Below, in pieces: positions 31,969-41,645 of a stretch of DNA of 64,000 bases (position 1 is the stretch's first letter; each line of letters opens with the position of its first letter). The stretch lies in UHGV virus genome UHGV-0171787. The stretch is one strand, 5' to 3'. The translations under genes were made by a program, and so were the position numbers. This stretch comes from a virus. The notes beneath the pieces were generated by a model. That model ran no database searches. It saw only the letters and a list, made by a program, of their open reading frames with translations, and had not been told where the DNA came from.

Positions 31969-32715
31969 TTAGAATGGGCTATCGTTGTCGTCTTCGTAAG
32001 TAGAAGCAGGTTCTTTATCAATCGTAGGGATTGAAGGAGTAGCTTCTTTCTGTTCTGTTTCAGAAGCACGAGTAATTTCACGACCAGCCAGAGGCATGTT
32101 CTTAGCGTCAATAGCTTGGGTAAGCAGGTTGCGCTGGAACGGGAACATCAGTTGATAGGATGCTACGTTCTCATCGGTTTCAGCATACGGTTCGAAGAAT
32201 ACCAGAGGACTACGAGCTTCACCAACTGCTGCACGATATTTGGTTGGGATTGGAGAAATGGTCTTGATGGAGTTTTTAACTTCACCAGCTTTGTTAGTGT
32301 AAGAATTAACCAGAATGTTAACAGGCTGACCTAACAACACATCCTTAAACCAAGACAGATCACCTTTCAGTGCTTGGATGCTTGGGTCAATCATCTTGCA
32401 GAGATCAAGGATACCAGAGTTCTTGGCTCGTGGGTTTACATCATAGCTCTTGAACTGGCAAGCCGGACGCGGTTCTAATGCCTTACCATCGGAATCTTTA
32501 CCAGTAGCATCAACACCAATCAGCTCGAAAGCCAAATCCATACGGAAAGCCGGATTCTTAGGGGTTACTGCTTTGGTCTTCGGGTCAATCCAAGGGTCAC
32601 GATTGTGAACACCCAAACCTACTACACGAACGATACGTGCTTCGTATTCACCATCAGGGATTACATCGTAGTTGGATTTACGGGAAGCAGTTGCGATAGT
32701 TGGGATCATGCTCAT
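31969..32715 (-). CDS. ssb: Single-stranded DNA-binding protein candidate
   Basis: 248 aa; acidic C-terminal tail ending YEDDNDSPF, the hallmark of SSB C-termini (E. coli SSB, T7 gp2.5). Confidence 0.55.
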   Translation of the reverse strand: MSMIPTIATASRKSNYDVIPDGEYEARIVRVVGLGVHNRDPWIDPKTKAVTPKNPAFRMDLAFELIGVDATGKDSDGKALEPRPACQFKSYDVNPRAKNSGILDLCKMIDPSIQALKGDLSWFKDVLLGQPVNILVNSYTNKAGEVKNSIKTISPIPTKYRAAVGEARSPLVFFEPYAETDENVASYQLMFPFQRNLLTQAIDAKNMPLAGREITRASETEQKEATPSIPTIDKEPASTYEDDNDSPF

Positions 32716-33281
32716 TATTAATTTCCTTATTTAATTTGAAAGATTGTTGCTCTCTTTGAGCGGTTATGTATAATATACATTACATATATAGTGTAGGAAC
32801 TACCGGAAGGTAGTAGGTTTTGTCCAAACAAAAGTCTCTTTAGAGTTATTTGTTGGGGACTGTCTCTTATAAACCCGAGACTGTCTAGCAGTTACATAAG
32901 CTCTAGCTTTTTCTGTAGCTGCATACTTATGATTAAATTTCATGGTAGTATATCTCTAAGTGCTATAATATATATAAGTTATAGCTGATAAAGTTATTGC
33001 ACGGGACTGACGACGATAAGGCGCAGACGACAACCTCTCATAAGTTTGTAAGAAATTGAGAGACTACCGGAAGGGCAGGAGCCACCTGCGAGATAAAAAT
33101 AGAGAATTAAGGAATCCTTGATTTAGGTTGTAGGGACTCCTAGGGACTTTGATTCTCTATTTAAAAGAATAAATAATTATTACATCTAACACTAAACAAA
33201 CTGAAACAAAGATAAGAAACTTCTTATAAATACTCATTACTTATCACTTAAACAGTTAACTAGCCTCTGATATAAAGAAGT
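32716..33281. other. AT-rich 565-bp intergenic region with repeated ACTACCGGAAGG motif
   Basis: ctacc-ggaa-ggtag hairpin at ~32800 and a second actaccggaagg at ~33065; several TATAAT-like hexamers. Confidence 0.3.
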
Positions 33282-33470
33282 TTAAATCAAGCATCCATCA
33301 CAAACATAATCTCCACTAAGAGATTCTTGTAGCAAGCGATTTTGTTCCTCTGAATATAGAGAATCTACTAATTCTTTTAACTCTGAAAGAGTAATGAAAT
33401 CAATAGTATTTCCATTATCTAAAATAGAAGAGTTGAGTATATATTCATTATCTTTAATTTTATTGATCAT
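33282..33470 (-). CDS. Hypothetical small protein
   Basis: ORF track, 62 aa; ATGA overlap with an upstream 46-aa ORF. Confidence 0.4.
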   Translation of the reverse strand: MINKIKDNEYILNSSILDNGNTIDFITLSELKELVDSLYSEEQNRLLQESLSGDYVCDGCLI

Positions 33471-33607
33471 TTTTCTATTCCTTTTACTTCAGCGTATACT
33501 TTAACTTCTCCCTTAAGGATTACCTTGGAAGCATTAGCGCTTTCTTCGGAGTGGTGTACAACGGTCATCTCTTTCTTTCCAATCTTATATGTGTGAATCC
33601 AAATCAT
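33467..33607 (-). CDS. Small ORF (46 aa), translationally coupled
   Basis: Hand-translated MIWIHTYKIGKKEMTVVHHSEESANASKVILKGEVKVYAEVKGIEK; stop TGA overlaps the next ATG. Confidence 0.3.
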   Translation of the reverse strand: MIWIHTYKIGKKEMTVVHHSEESANASKVILKGEVKVYAEVKGIEK

Positions 33608-33658
33608 TATTTCTTAATCCTTTTAGACAAGAAAAGCCGCCCTAAGGCAGCTTCTTAT

Positions 33659-33835
33659 TTAACTGTTCACTTTAGCTTCAAGTGTTTCGTTTTCAATACT
33701 CAAGTCAATCACTACACCAGTAAGCTCAACGACTGCTTGGCGAAGGGCATCTTTACCCATAGAGTGTACTTGAGATAAGAAGAAAGCTTTCCCTTCTTCA
33801 GTGGATAGGGTTTCTTTCAGTTCAGTTGCAGTCAT
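33659..33835 (-). CDS. Small ORF (58 aa)
   Basis: Hand-translated MTATELKETLSTEEGKAFFLSQVHSMGKDALRQAVVELTGVVIDLSIENETLEAKVNS; GAGGAA SD; terminator-like hairpin downstream. Confidence 0.35.
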   Translation of the reverse strand: MTATELKETLSTEEGKAFFLSQVHSMGKDALRQAVVELTGVVIDLSIENETLEAKVNS

Positions 33836-34028
33836 TCTTTTCCTCTCTCTCTTTCCATAGTTCAGCTAATTCTAAATAGTATTGTGCTTCATCAGCACGT
33901 CCTTGTTCATTACAGATGGCGCTTTGACGATAACACCAATCCGATGGCATCTCTTCCACTTCAATCTCCTTATGATGAACTAATCAATAAGACTAGTTCA
34001 TTTGTGTTCCTGTCTTTCAGTTCTGCCT

Positions 34029-35873
34029 TTAGTGCGTATGCATCCAATTTAATCCAATCTGACAATCAGAAGCCAGAGGACATTCCATGTTCAAGTACTC
34101 ACCAGCCTTCTTAACACAAAGCTCAGTGTGCTCTTTGAGTTTCTGTACATCATTACGATTTACTGAGAATTGGCCCTCATCGTGCATATCAATTACCTTA
34201 GCACAACGAACCCCATCCTTCTCAATCCACTTGTTAAGGAACATCATAGCATATTTCATAACAACAGCACCAGCACATTGCAGGAGTGTGTTAAGGGCTT
34301 TATGAACCATAACTTTACCAGTGGCATCTCTTCTCATTGTAATCTTACGACCATCAACTCCAATCAAGTATCCTTGAGCAGCTTTCTCTGTCATACGATC
34401 AATGAGGATTGCAATACACGGGTTCTCTGCTAAGAAACGCGCTCGCATCACTGAACCTTCGTCAGCCCCACCACCTACAATTGAACCAAGCTTAGCATCA
34501 CCAGCACCGTAGTTGAATGCATAGATAAATGTCTTAGCGTTGTCACGAGTAGGAAGACCAGCAAGTTTCTGGTTGTGGGAGTGGATATCACCTTCAAGGA
34601 GAATATCACGATACATAACAGCAGAAGCTAAACCGCGTTCTGCCAGAGCTTTCTTAGCTGGGTTATTCTCTTCGATTGCTTCAGCAAGCATATCTCTACA
34701 CTCTTTGATGAGGTAGTGAGCGAGCATACGAAGTTCAAGTCCAGAACCATCATACCCTAAGAATATTTCTTTACCAGCGGGTATGTAATATTTGTAAGCA
34801 CCTACAGGTTTGTCTTTCTTCCCCGGCTTACCTTTCTCGTAAATTACGTTAGTACCTTTTCGTATATAACAATCATCAGGAACAACGTTAGTAATAACGA
34901 AAGGACGAGAGTGATCACTGTCTGAGTTATAGTCAGACTCAAACAAACTGCGACACTCATGACCAAACAAACCACGGGAGGGAATATTAACCACGATACG
35001 ATGTTTGAATCGAAAAGTCGGCGTAGCACAGCTGTTAGCTTCTGCCGAAAGTTTACCATCTTTGCGTTCCTTTGCTATGAGTCCGCTGATAAGGCCTAGC
35101 CTGTGAGCCGCTACAACACGTCTCTTAAGCAAACTTCCGACACTCCCTAGCTCACCCCCTAATCCTTCTTCAAGGGTCTCCTCGAGGTTTGTAGGAGCTG
35201 TAGGCCACTTGTTTGAGGTAGCTAGTGCTATCTTAATCTCGTCAAAAGTGATAGGCCTACGTCGGTTAGGATTTAAACCTAAACCAAATACATAAGCCTT
35301 CATGTAGTTCTTAGTCTTAAACCTAAAATGCTTCTCTAAGAACTTCCTGATATCAGCGTCAACCATCTCGGCTGTCTGCTTCTGTTTAGCATTACCTCGC
35401 ATCCAAGCTGAATACCATGCTTGGTATGTTCCATACTTTCTCATATCTTTCTTAATTTCAAAAGTATTCCAAGGCTTCTTAGATACGTTAAACTCTGGAG
35501 GAAGAAAGCCCTCATCCATAAGAGCTTCTTTAACTCGTGCATCCTTCGATGGGTCAAAGTCTACGTATTCGACACAGGTAAAAGCTCCACCAATGTCTTC
35601 TCTCTTCAGCCCAACCCTATCGCAATAAGCTTGAGGCCACTTCTGCAAAGCCCCAGACTTCTTAAATGGCTTCATATAAGTAGAGCCATCTAATCTCATC
35701 TTAGGTAAGAGAGGAATTAGTTCTTTATCAATATTAACAATAATCTCTTTAAGGAGGTGAACATACCACCGAGCATTTCTTCGGTTGAAACTCACTCCGT
35801 GCTTTGCTTGCTTAGAGATTATATCAGCGACAGTCATCTCTGTCAAAAATGGGAGAGCGTCCGGGTTGCTCAC
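34029..35873 (-). CDS. DNA polymerase, family A polymerase domain (no fused proofreading domain)
   Basis: 614 aa; motif A DGSGLELR, motif B RDNAKTFIYAFNYGAG, motif C HDEGQF. Confidence 0.85.
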   Translation of the reverse strand: MSNPDALPFLTEMTVADIISKQAKHGVSFNRRNARWYVHLLKEIIVNIDKELIPLLPKMRLDGSTYMKPFKKSGALQKWPQAYCDRVGLKREDIGGAFTCVEYVDFDPSKDARVKEALMDEGFLPPEFNVSKKPWNTFEIKKDMRKYGTYQAWYSAWMRGNAKQKQTAEMVDADIRKFLEKHFRFKTKNYMKAYVFGLGLNPNRRRPITFDEIKIALATSNKWPTAPTNLEETLEEGLGGELGSVGSLLKRRVVAAHRLGLISGLIAKERKDGKLSAEANSCATPTFRFKHRIVVNIPSRGLFGHECRSLFESDYNSDSDHSRPFVITNVVPDDCYIRKGTNVIYEKGKPGKKDKPVGAYKYYIPAGKEIFLGYDGSGLELRMLAHYLIKECRDMLAEAIEENNPAKKALAERGLASAVMYRDILLEGDIHSHNQKLAGLPTRDNAKTFIYAFNYGAGDAKLGSIVGGGADEGSVMRARFLAENPCIAILIDRMTEKAAQGYLIGVDGRKITMRRDATGKVMVHKALNTLLQCAGAVVMKYAMMFLNKWIEKDGVRCAKVIDMHDEGQFSVNRNDVQKLKEHTELCVKKAGEYLNMECPLASDCQIGLNWMHTH

Positions 35874-35889
35874 TTTATACTCCTTTAAA

Positions 35890-36294
35890 TTATTGGTAAA
35901 GTAAATCTGTAAATGCTTGATTGTCAGCTATTGCATCTAGGTCATTAGGAGATACTCGGATAGTGTTACCTTCAACTCTCCACGGAGTTGGCGTAGGTGA
36001 AGACCTAACTTCAAGAGGCTGCTCTCTGACTAGATGGGCCATGACCTCCTGATCGGCAACTTCCTCTCTTTCTCGAATATCTCTCTGGATGTAGGCCAGC
36101 TTCATGCCCCAAGCTTCTTCAAACTCTTGAGGGTGTTTATCACTGATCACTACATATCGACGATTGACGGAAAACCTTCTTGCTTTCAAAATAAGATTGC
36201 AAAGATCTTCTACTTCATCTTCTTCTAGGTTGTTATAAATATCATCCCACTTCACTACACAGAAGCGGTTTTGGTGTCTAGTTGGTAGTGGCAT
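35890..36294 (-). CDS. Hypothetical protein
   Basis: ORF track, 134 aa. Confidence 0.45.
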   Translation of the reverse strand: MPLPTRHQNRFCVVKWDDIYNNLEEDEVEDLCNLILKARRFSVNRRYVVISDKHPQEFEEAWGMKLAYIQRDIREREEVADQEVMAHLVREQPLEVRSSPTPTPWRVEGNTIRVSPNDLDAIADNQAFTDLLYQ

Positions 36295-36297
36295 AGC

Positions 36298-36582
36298 TTA
36301 ACCTTTCGGGAATGGCATTAAAGATTCCATAGCAGATTTAATTTCGCTATTGATTCGAGCATCACGATAAGAGATAAATTTACCTTTGCTATCACGTAAC
36401 ATTACATGGGTTCTGGCTGTTTCGTGAGGAAGCAGTGTGATACTGGTTGGGATAGTATCAATCCCTACAGGTAGTTTGTAAATAGTCTTACTCTCAGCTA
36501 GTAGGTAAGACCAAGTACATGGTTTCTTCTCCGGATGGTTAGGGTATGTATCTCTAATCTGAACCATAGCTAATTTATTCAT
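36298..36582 (-). CDS. Hypothetical protein, paralog pair member
   Basis: 94 aa; shares TARTxVxLRxxxGKFISY...PFPKG with the adjacent gene. Confidence 0.5.
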   Translation of the reverse strand: MNKLAMVQIRDTYPNHPEKKPCTWSYLLAESKTIYKLPVGIDTIPTSITLLPHETARTHVMLRDSKGKFISYRDARINSEIKSAMESLMPFPKG

Positions 36583-36583
36583 A

Positions 36584-36835
36584 TTAAACTCCTTTAGGAA
36601 ATGGGATGAGGTTTTCTATTGCAACACGGAAAGGTTTTTCTACATTCTTATTTTTATAAGAGATGAACTTCCCATCAGCCCCACGAAGGATTACGTTAGT
36701 GCGAGCTGTATTGGGATCTAGATTGATCATAGAGGTGATGTTCTTTTTTGAGTTGTTGTAGTTGTTATCGAAAGTCCACTTATCCAGATGATTAGCTATT
36801 ACATCAATAATAGTTACAGTTTTTACAATAGACAT
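36584..36835 (-). CDS. Hypothetical protein, paralog pair member
   Basis: 83 aa; paralog of 36298-36582. Confidence 0.5.
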   Translation of the reverse strand: MSIVKTVTIIDVIANHLDKWTFDNNYNNSKKNITSMINLDPNTARTNVILRGADGKFISYKNKNVEKPFRVAIENLIPFPKGV

Positions 36836-36870
36836 ATTTGTTACCTAAGAAATTTAATTTAGTTTATATA

Positions 36871-36899
36871 AAAGAAAAGGCCACCCGATTGGGTAGCCT
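36871..36899 (-). terminator. Rho-independent terminator (minus strand), GGCCACCCGATTGGG family
   Basis: aaaagaaaaggccacccgattgggtagcc; hairpin followed by a U-run in the minus transcript; near-identical to the element at 59541. Confidence 0.55.
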
Positions 36900-36903
36900 C
36901 ATA

Positions 36904-37221
36904 TTACGATGAGCTTAAAGCTCCTTTGCGAGATCCAGCTGCTTTTCCAGCTCGATCACCACTTTTGCCGCCGTTTGAACGGTTTGAGCTGACTGATTCA
37001 ACACGTAAGTTGCTTGACGCATTAGAGCCTCCAGACTTGATAGCTCGTTTGTGTCCAACATCTTTACCTCTGACAGCAGCTTTTCCATCGCGCTTTTCAA
37101 CGATGCGACGTGCACGGTGGCGCTGAGCATCTCCGCTCTTGCTCCCAATGCCTGTCTCACCACGGGCAATTGCGGTACGTCTTTCTTGTGCATAATCTCT
37201 CTTTCCTACATGGTCTGCCAT
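36904..37221 (-). CDS. Basic Lys/Arg/Gly-rich protein
   Basis: 105 aa; strong AAGGAG SD 6 nt upstream; preferred over the overlapping alternative frame 36915-37193. Confidence 0.5.
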   Translation of the reverse strand: MADHVGKRDYAQERRTAIARGETGIGSKSGDAQRHRARRIVEKRDGKAAVRGKDVGHKRAIKSGGSNASSNLRVESVSSNRSNGGKSGDRAGKAAGSRKGALSSS

Positions 37222-37277
37222 TTAGAACTCCTTAATATATCAGTGTACACTAAGGAGTATACATTATAAGTTACTGT

Positions 37278-38015
37278 TTAAGCTTTCTTTTCCATTGCTT
37301 TAACAATCGCCTTACAGAAACCAGAACGAACAATGTCATCCGATTCGCCGTCTACAATCTCAGCAAACTCATACAGATCGTGTTCATCAATAAAGTTAGT
37401 AGCCCAAGTTAGACCACTCTCGCGACCACGCATATCATGCTGGTTTGTATCACCCATGCAGAACAATTGAGAGGTTTCTCCCAATCGAGTCATGATAGAG
37501 AAGGCTTCATCTTTAGTGGTGTTCTGGAACTCATCCACGATAACAATGGCATCATTGAAGGAACGACCACGGAGATATTCCAGAGGTACAAATTCAATGT
37601 TACCATTTCCGATCTGGCATTCATAGAATCCCTTACCATATCGCTGAGTGATAACATCAATGATAGGCATCAGGTAAGGTTCAAATTTCTCACGCATTCC
37701 TCCCGGAAGTAATCCAAGAGAATTACCCATACCAACTGAAGGACGACTAAGAATGATCTTTTGAATCTTACCGCTCTTCAGTGCATCGATAACTGTGGAG
37801 GTAATTACAAAGGTCTTACCACAGCCCGCAGGAGCGTCTGTGAACACAACTTGCTTAGTCTTGATAGCATTGAGTAGCTCAGACTGAAACTGGTTCTGAG
37901 GGACTACAGGCTTTGCTAAAACCACCTCTTCATACTCTCGCTTACCCTTACGAGTAACGAGTGCTTCCCGACGAAGGTCTTTCCGTGATTCTTTCCGTGA
38001 TTGACGACGACTCAT
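37278..38015 (-). CDS. phoH: PhoH-like ATPase
   Basis: 245 aa; Walker A DAPAGCGKTF, Walker B IVIVDEFQN and GD..Q motif. Confidence 0.8.
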   Translation of the reverse strand: MSRRQSRKESRKDLRREALVTRKGKREYEEVVLAKPVVPQNQFQSELLNAIKTKQVVFTDAPAGCGKTFVITSTVIDALKSGKIQKIILSRPSVGMGNSLGLLPGGMREKFEPYLMPIIDVITQRYGKGFYECQIGNGNIEFVPLEYLRGRSFNDAIVIVDEFQNTTKDEAFSIMTRLGETSQLFCMGDTNQHDMRGRESGLTWATNFIDEHDLYEFAEIVDGESDDIVRSGFCKAIVKAMEKKA

Positions 38016-38197
38016 TTACGCTCTCCAATTTCTTCGTAATGACACTCAGTAGTTAAGCAGTCTTTACAGATTGCTGTATAAACCCTGACGTTAGTAAATC
38101 GTTTGTTCTTCCCTTTGGTTGGAGAGTCTTTGGCAAGCTCTCTGATAACCTTGTTACTTAAATGAAGGTTTGTTCCTTCACATCTAGAGCACTTCAT
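38012..38197 (-). CDS. Small zinc-ribbon protein
   Basis: 61 aa; CxxC ... CxxC (CSRCEG ... CKDC). Confidence 0.45.
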   Translation of the reverse strand: MKCSRCEGTNLHLSNKVIRELAKDSPTKGKNKRFTNVRVYTAICKDCLTTECHYEEIGERK

Positions 38198-38513
38198 GGT
38201 TCATATCTTTATGAATCCTGTAAACAGCTGTCGCCATACAAGCAACAGCCTCATTGTGTGGGAGGTGCATCCCTGTAGAACCATCCCAATCTTTGAACTC
38301 ATTGTCAAAGACTCCAGTAGGTTCTGGATACAGAGCTTGCAGCTCAACCAAATCATTAGCAACTTGTTGCCATTTATCATCAGACCAGATAGGGTCATCC
38401 AACCAGTAATACAAATAGGAATGGATGATCAATTGCCTTCTGTGCCGATTAATTATTTCAGCGGGACTTATCTCACTTCCGTTTGAAGTCCTAAATGTAT
38501 TACTGTCAATCAT
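38184..38513 (-). CDS. Hypothetical protein
   Basis: ORF track, 109 aa. Confidence 0.45.
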   Translation of the reverse strand: MIDSNTFRTSNGSEISPAEIINRHRRQLIIHSYLYYWLDDPIWSDDKWQQVANDLVELQALYPEPTGVFDNEFKDWDGSTGMHLPHNEAVACMATAVYRIHKDMNHEVL

Positions 38514-38515
38514 GA

Positions 38516-39172
38516 TTACTTATTCCAAGTAGTTGATAAGGCTTTCCAAGAGATTGGATAGAGCTTCTTCATCTCTTCATCAATAGTTTGTGCAAATAGT
38601 CGGACCTCATACTGAGCGTGTTCTGACAGACGTTGACGGCATACTTCTGACCAGCCATATAAGGAGCCAGTCCAGATCCACTCCGTCGTCATTCCCTGAG
38701 GTAGGACAAACCGAGCTTGCTCAGGGGCAATCAGGTCAATCAGTTTTTCATAATTACTAACAGCTACTTCATATGCCTCGTTAATCAGTGTGAGAGCTTC
38801 TGCACGGGCTTCGTCTTGTAATAGGATACCAGAACCTTTGTGAAGGTCTTCAGGTCGGGAGAAGATCTCTTGTGGAATGAATACATCAACGTCTCCATCT
38901 TTATATCGACGGCTCATCTCATTCCAGCTAAACCCCGTCTGATGTTTTCCTAGCTGGCGAGCAATAGCAATAGGTGCTACACATCGGAAGGTTACTTGTG
39001 GGTGCCTAAAAGGAGTCACATGTTTTTCACGAGCGAGGAAGTTGATGAGACGTTCATCACGTTCATTTAAATCACCTTCACGGGTTACTCCAAAGGATAC
39101 ACGAGCTGCATTTACTACAGTTTTATCCGAGCCTAAAAACTCTACCAGTTCTGCTTTAAGCTGATCATTCAT
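38516..39172 (-). CDS. thyX: Flavin-dependent thymidylate synthase ThyX
   Basis: 218 aa; RHPQ...SWNEMSRRY resembles the ThyX signature. Confidence 0.7.
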   Translation of the reverse strand: MNDQLKAELVEFLGSDKTVVNAARVSFGVTREGDLNERDERLINFLAREKHVTPFRHPQVTFRCVAPIAIARQLGKHQTGFSWNEMSRRYKDGDVDVFIPQEIFSRPEDLHKGSGILLQDEARAEALTLINEAYEVAVSNYEKLIDLIAPEQARFVLPQGMTTEWIWTGSLYGWSEVCRQRLSEHAQYEVRLFAQTIDEEMKKLYPISWKALSTTWNK

Positions 39173-39203
39173 TACTTTTTCTCTCCATCCATGAATTTCC
39201 TTA

Positions 39204-39413
39204 TTAATATTCTTTTACATAATAAACCACTAAGGTTCCCATCTCTGACAATGTTGATTTATGTAAGCTTACTTTACTATAAATCTTTGGAGACATCTTA
39301 AGAGCCTTCTTAAAACGGCGAGCGTCTTTACGAGTAGCAAAGTGCTCTGTAACAGGTATAGCCGGGTCTTGGTAGAGGTAGTATACCACCGTCCAATATT
39401 TTTTCATAATCAA
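39204..39413 (-). CDS. Hypothetical protein
   Basis: ORF track, 69 aa; 4-nt overlap with thioredoxin gene. Confidence 0.4.
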   Translation of the reverse strand: MIMKKYWTVVYYLYQDPAIPVTEHFATRKDARRFKKALKMSPKIYSKVSLHKSTLSEMGTLVVYYVKEY

Positions 39414-39682
39414 ACACCTAGGGCAGTAGTTAAGAATGCTTTCAGGTTTGCTTCGGTTTGCATACCAGAGAGGCTGTAATGTGCACCACTGTTACGGTCA
39501 GGTACAACGAAAGCAGGGATGCTACGAACTCCGTACTTAACAGCTTGTTCACGACCATCACCTTCAAGGATGTTAATCTCTTCCACTTCTACATCGAACT
39601 CCTTAACAACCTTCTCAAAGATAGGAGCCATTGCTTTACATGGAGCACACTGATCACTATAAAACTTAATCACTTTAGACAT
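39410..39682 (-). CDS. Thioredoxin/glutaredoxin-like protein
   Basis: 90 aa; CAPC active-site motif near the N-terminus. Confidence 0.7.
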   Translation of the reverse strand: MSKVIKFYSDQCAPCKAMAPIFEKVVKEFDVEVEEINILEGDGREQAVKYGVRSIPAFVVPDRNSGAHYSLSGMQTEANLKAFLTTALGV

Positions 39683-39690
39683 GTAAACCC

Positions 39691-39870
39691 TTATGCAGTC
39701 AGGAGGTGAAGCAGGAATGGGATAACAACAGCTACAATAACCATGATGGTTGATGCTGTTTGAAGCTCACCTTTCTTGTCAGGGGTTTCTTCAATAAGCT
39801 TACCAGAAGCCCAATAAACACCACCACCAATAAAGATAGCCCAAATACCCCATACGATTGCTGATAACAT
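39691..39870 (-). CDS. Small two-TM membrane protein (59 aa)
   Basis: Hand-translated MLSAIVWGIWAIFIGGGVYWASGKLIEETPDKKGELQTASTIMVIVAVVIPFLLHLLTA; AAGGA SD; below track cutoff. Confidence 0.4.
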   Translation of the reverse strand: MLSAIVWGIWAIFIGGGVYWASGKLIEETPDKKGELQTASTIMVIVAVVIPFLLHLLTA

Positions 39871-39930
39871 ATATCTATATCCTTATAAATAAGTTCGCCC
39901 CACCTCGGGTTAGGAGACAGGGCGTAGGTT

Positions 39931-40494
39931 TTAGTAAGACACATCACCACTTGAATGGGACATGTTGCTCTTGACAAAGTAACAATACTTGCCAAGACCT
40001 TCATTAATTTCTTGAAGCATACTCTGATCAACTGGATAAGTAGCTAAATCGCCATCAAACTCATCCATCTTCTCAATAATACACATCAAGGTCATGCACA
40101 TATCAGAGAGCATACCATCCATGTCTAGATCAGCATTACCCTCTGAGAACCAAGCATGAGAGAGGTAGTTAGCTGCTGTAGCATCCACTTTAACACAGTG
40201 GTAGCGCATACGTTCAGCAATACGATCTCCTACTTGTCGTGCGTAATCTTCCAGCTCGTCAAACATACCATGAACACCCTGAAACCCTGCACCAGAGACG
40301 TTCCAGTGGTAGTTCTTAGCTTTGATATGCAAGAGTTCCATGTTAGCTTGTAAGCAGCTCAGGATGTGTTCTAGGCTGTTTCCGCTAATCATGCCTTGCA
40401 TCGTTTCAAGGCGAGAGATTGAAAGCTCAGACCGGTCTAACACACTATAGCTGTCACGACCAATCTCAGGTAAATCAAAAACATTCTTATGCAT
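39931..40494 (-). CDS. Dps/ferritin-like protein
   Basis: ATG at 40494 (MHKNVFDL...); NYHWNVSGAGFQGVHGMFDELEDYARQVGDRIAERM matches the Dps family helix pattern. Confidence 0.6.
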   Translation of the reverse strand: MHKNVFDLPEIGRDSYSVLDRSELSISRLETMQGMISGNSLEHILSCLQANMELLHIKAKNYHWNVSGAGFQGVHGMFDELEDYARQVGDRIAERMRYHCVKVDATAANYLSHAWFSEGNADLDMDGMLSDMCMTLMCIIEKMDEFDGDLATYPVDQSMLQEINEGLGKYCYFVKSNMSHSSGDVSY

Positions 40495-40816
40495 TTGGCT
40501 TTTCTCCATCAAGTTCAACTGAATTAGCAACGTTACGTTCCAGATTGTCAATTACCTGCTGGGTAATTACGATGCAGTTCTGTGGATCTACTGACTTAGA
40601 ACGCCCCATTTCAGGGTCATACACCTTAACACGCTTAGCAGTTGAACCTGTAACCTGAAGAACCTTCAACAGATATCCCTGATTACCAATAGACCAAGCA
40701 ACAACATCACGATTCTTGATAAAGCGACCAAGCATATCACGATGATAAAACTGTTGCATCACCTTGGATTTTGTAATCTCTTCAGTGGGCGGGGCCACTT
40801 TACTCAAATCTAACAT
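40487..40816 (-). CDS. Hypothetical protein
   Basis: ORF track, 109 aa; stop overlaps Dps-like start. Confidence 0.45.
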   Translation of the reverse strand: MLDLSKVAPPTEEITKSKVMQQFYHRDMLGRFIKNRDVVAWSIGNQGYLLKVLQVTGSTAKRVKVYDPEMGRSKSVDPQNCIVITQQVIDNLERNVANSVELDGEKPNA

Positions 40817-40888
40817 AACTCTCTCCTGTAAAATACAAATTCTTATTGTACTCTATATACATTTGAGAGTTACCATATCTACTACCAA

Positions 40889-41116
40889 TTAGTAGTGTAC
40901 TTTTCCACTGAGATAAACACGACCAGAGGAATATTCTCTGGCCTTATGGATGCTAACGCTCTTAGTTAAGTCCCCATGAAACATAGACTTTTTAAAATCT
41001 CGAGCCCGTTGACGAGTAGGTAATGAGGTCATAGTCGTACAACCAGATGACCACTTAATCTTCACTAACCAGAACTTTTTCATAATGATATCACACACCT
41101 TTAGACGCAACCACAC
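40889..41116 (-). CDS. Hypothetical protein
   Basis: ORF track, 75 aa. Confidence 0.4.
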   Translation of the reverse strand: MWLRLKVCDIIMKKFWLVKIKWSSGCTTMTSLPTRQRARDFKKSMFHGDLTKSVSIHKAREYSSGRVYLSGKVHY

Positions 41117-41624
41117 CTTCAGAGTTATTATAACGACCCTTCACTGCATAAGAATGCTCTCCTGCATGAGAGTGCTCAAACATAACCATCTGACCAACAC
41201 GCATACCAGAACGGATTCTTAAGCTGTGATGTTTGGTCACATTATGAAATTCAAACGTCAATTTACTGTTATTAAACCCCCCATCTGCCCACCCGGCGTG
41301 AAGATGGTTCAAACCACAACGAGCCATAGATGAACGAAGAACAAACAAGCTTGAGATGTTATCTGGAAGGTTAAACTCTTCCATAGAGTGAGCCAAGAAG
41401 AACTGACCCGGAGTAATAACCAAACCCTCTTCAGGAATCTTTACTTCCTTCCACTGAAGATTCTCTTTCGCATCAATATCAACGATGCCATCAGCCTGTT
41501 CTTCAACAAGGATAGTATCACCAATACGGATATCCACACTAGCAGCGTTAACATACTTATGCTCCGCATCCAAATAGCCATTGTCAATTACATCGTGCAG
41601 TTCAACACTTCCTAGTAAACTCAT
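41091..41624 (-). CDS. dcd: dCTP deaminase
   Basis: 177 aa; dUTPase-fold Dcd-like sequence. Confidence 0.75.
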   Translation of the reverse strand: MSLLGSVELHDVIDNGYLDAEHKYVNAASVDIRIGDTILVEEQADGIVDIDAKENLQWKEVKIPEEGLVITPGQFFLAHSMEEFNLPDNISSLFVLRSSMARCGLNHLHAGWADGGFNNSKLTFEFHNVTKHHSLRIRSGMRVGQMVMFEHSHAGEHSYAVKGRYNNSEGVVASKGV

Positions 41625-41645
41625 TCTTATTCCTTAGTTATTTGT

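Noticed and set aside
36915-37193. Alternative 92-aa ORF overlapping 36904-37221 in another frame
   Set aside because: Only one of the two frames can be real. The 36904-37221 frame has a strong AAGGAG SD at correct spacing; the alternative has none.
39732-40031. 99-aa track ORF overlapping the Dps-like gene and the small TM ORF
   Set aside because: It lies in a different frame from two better-supported genes (the Dps-like gene and the SD-preceded two-TM ORF at 39691-39870) and its translation is low-complexity.
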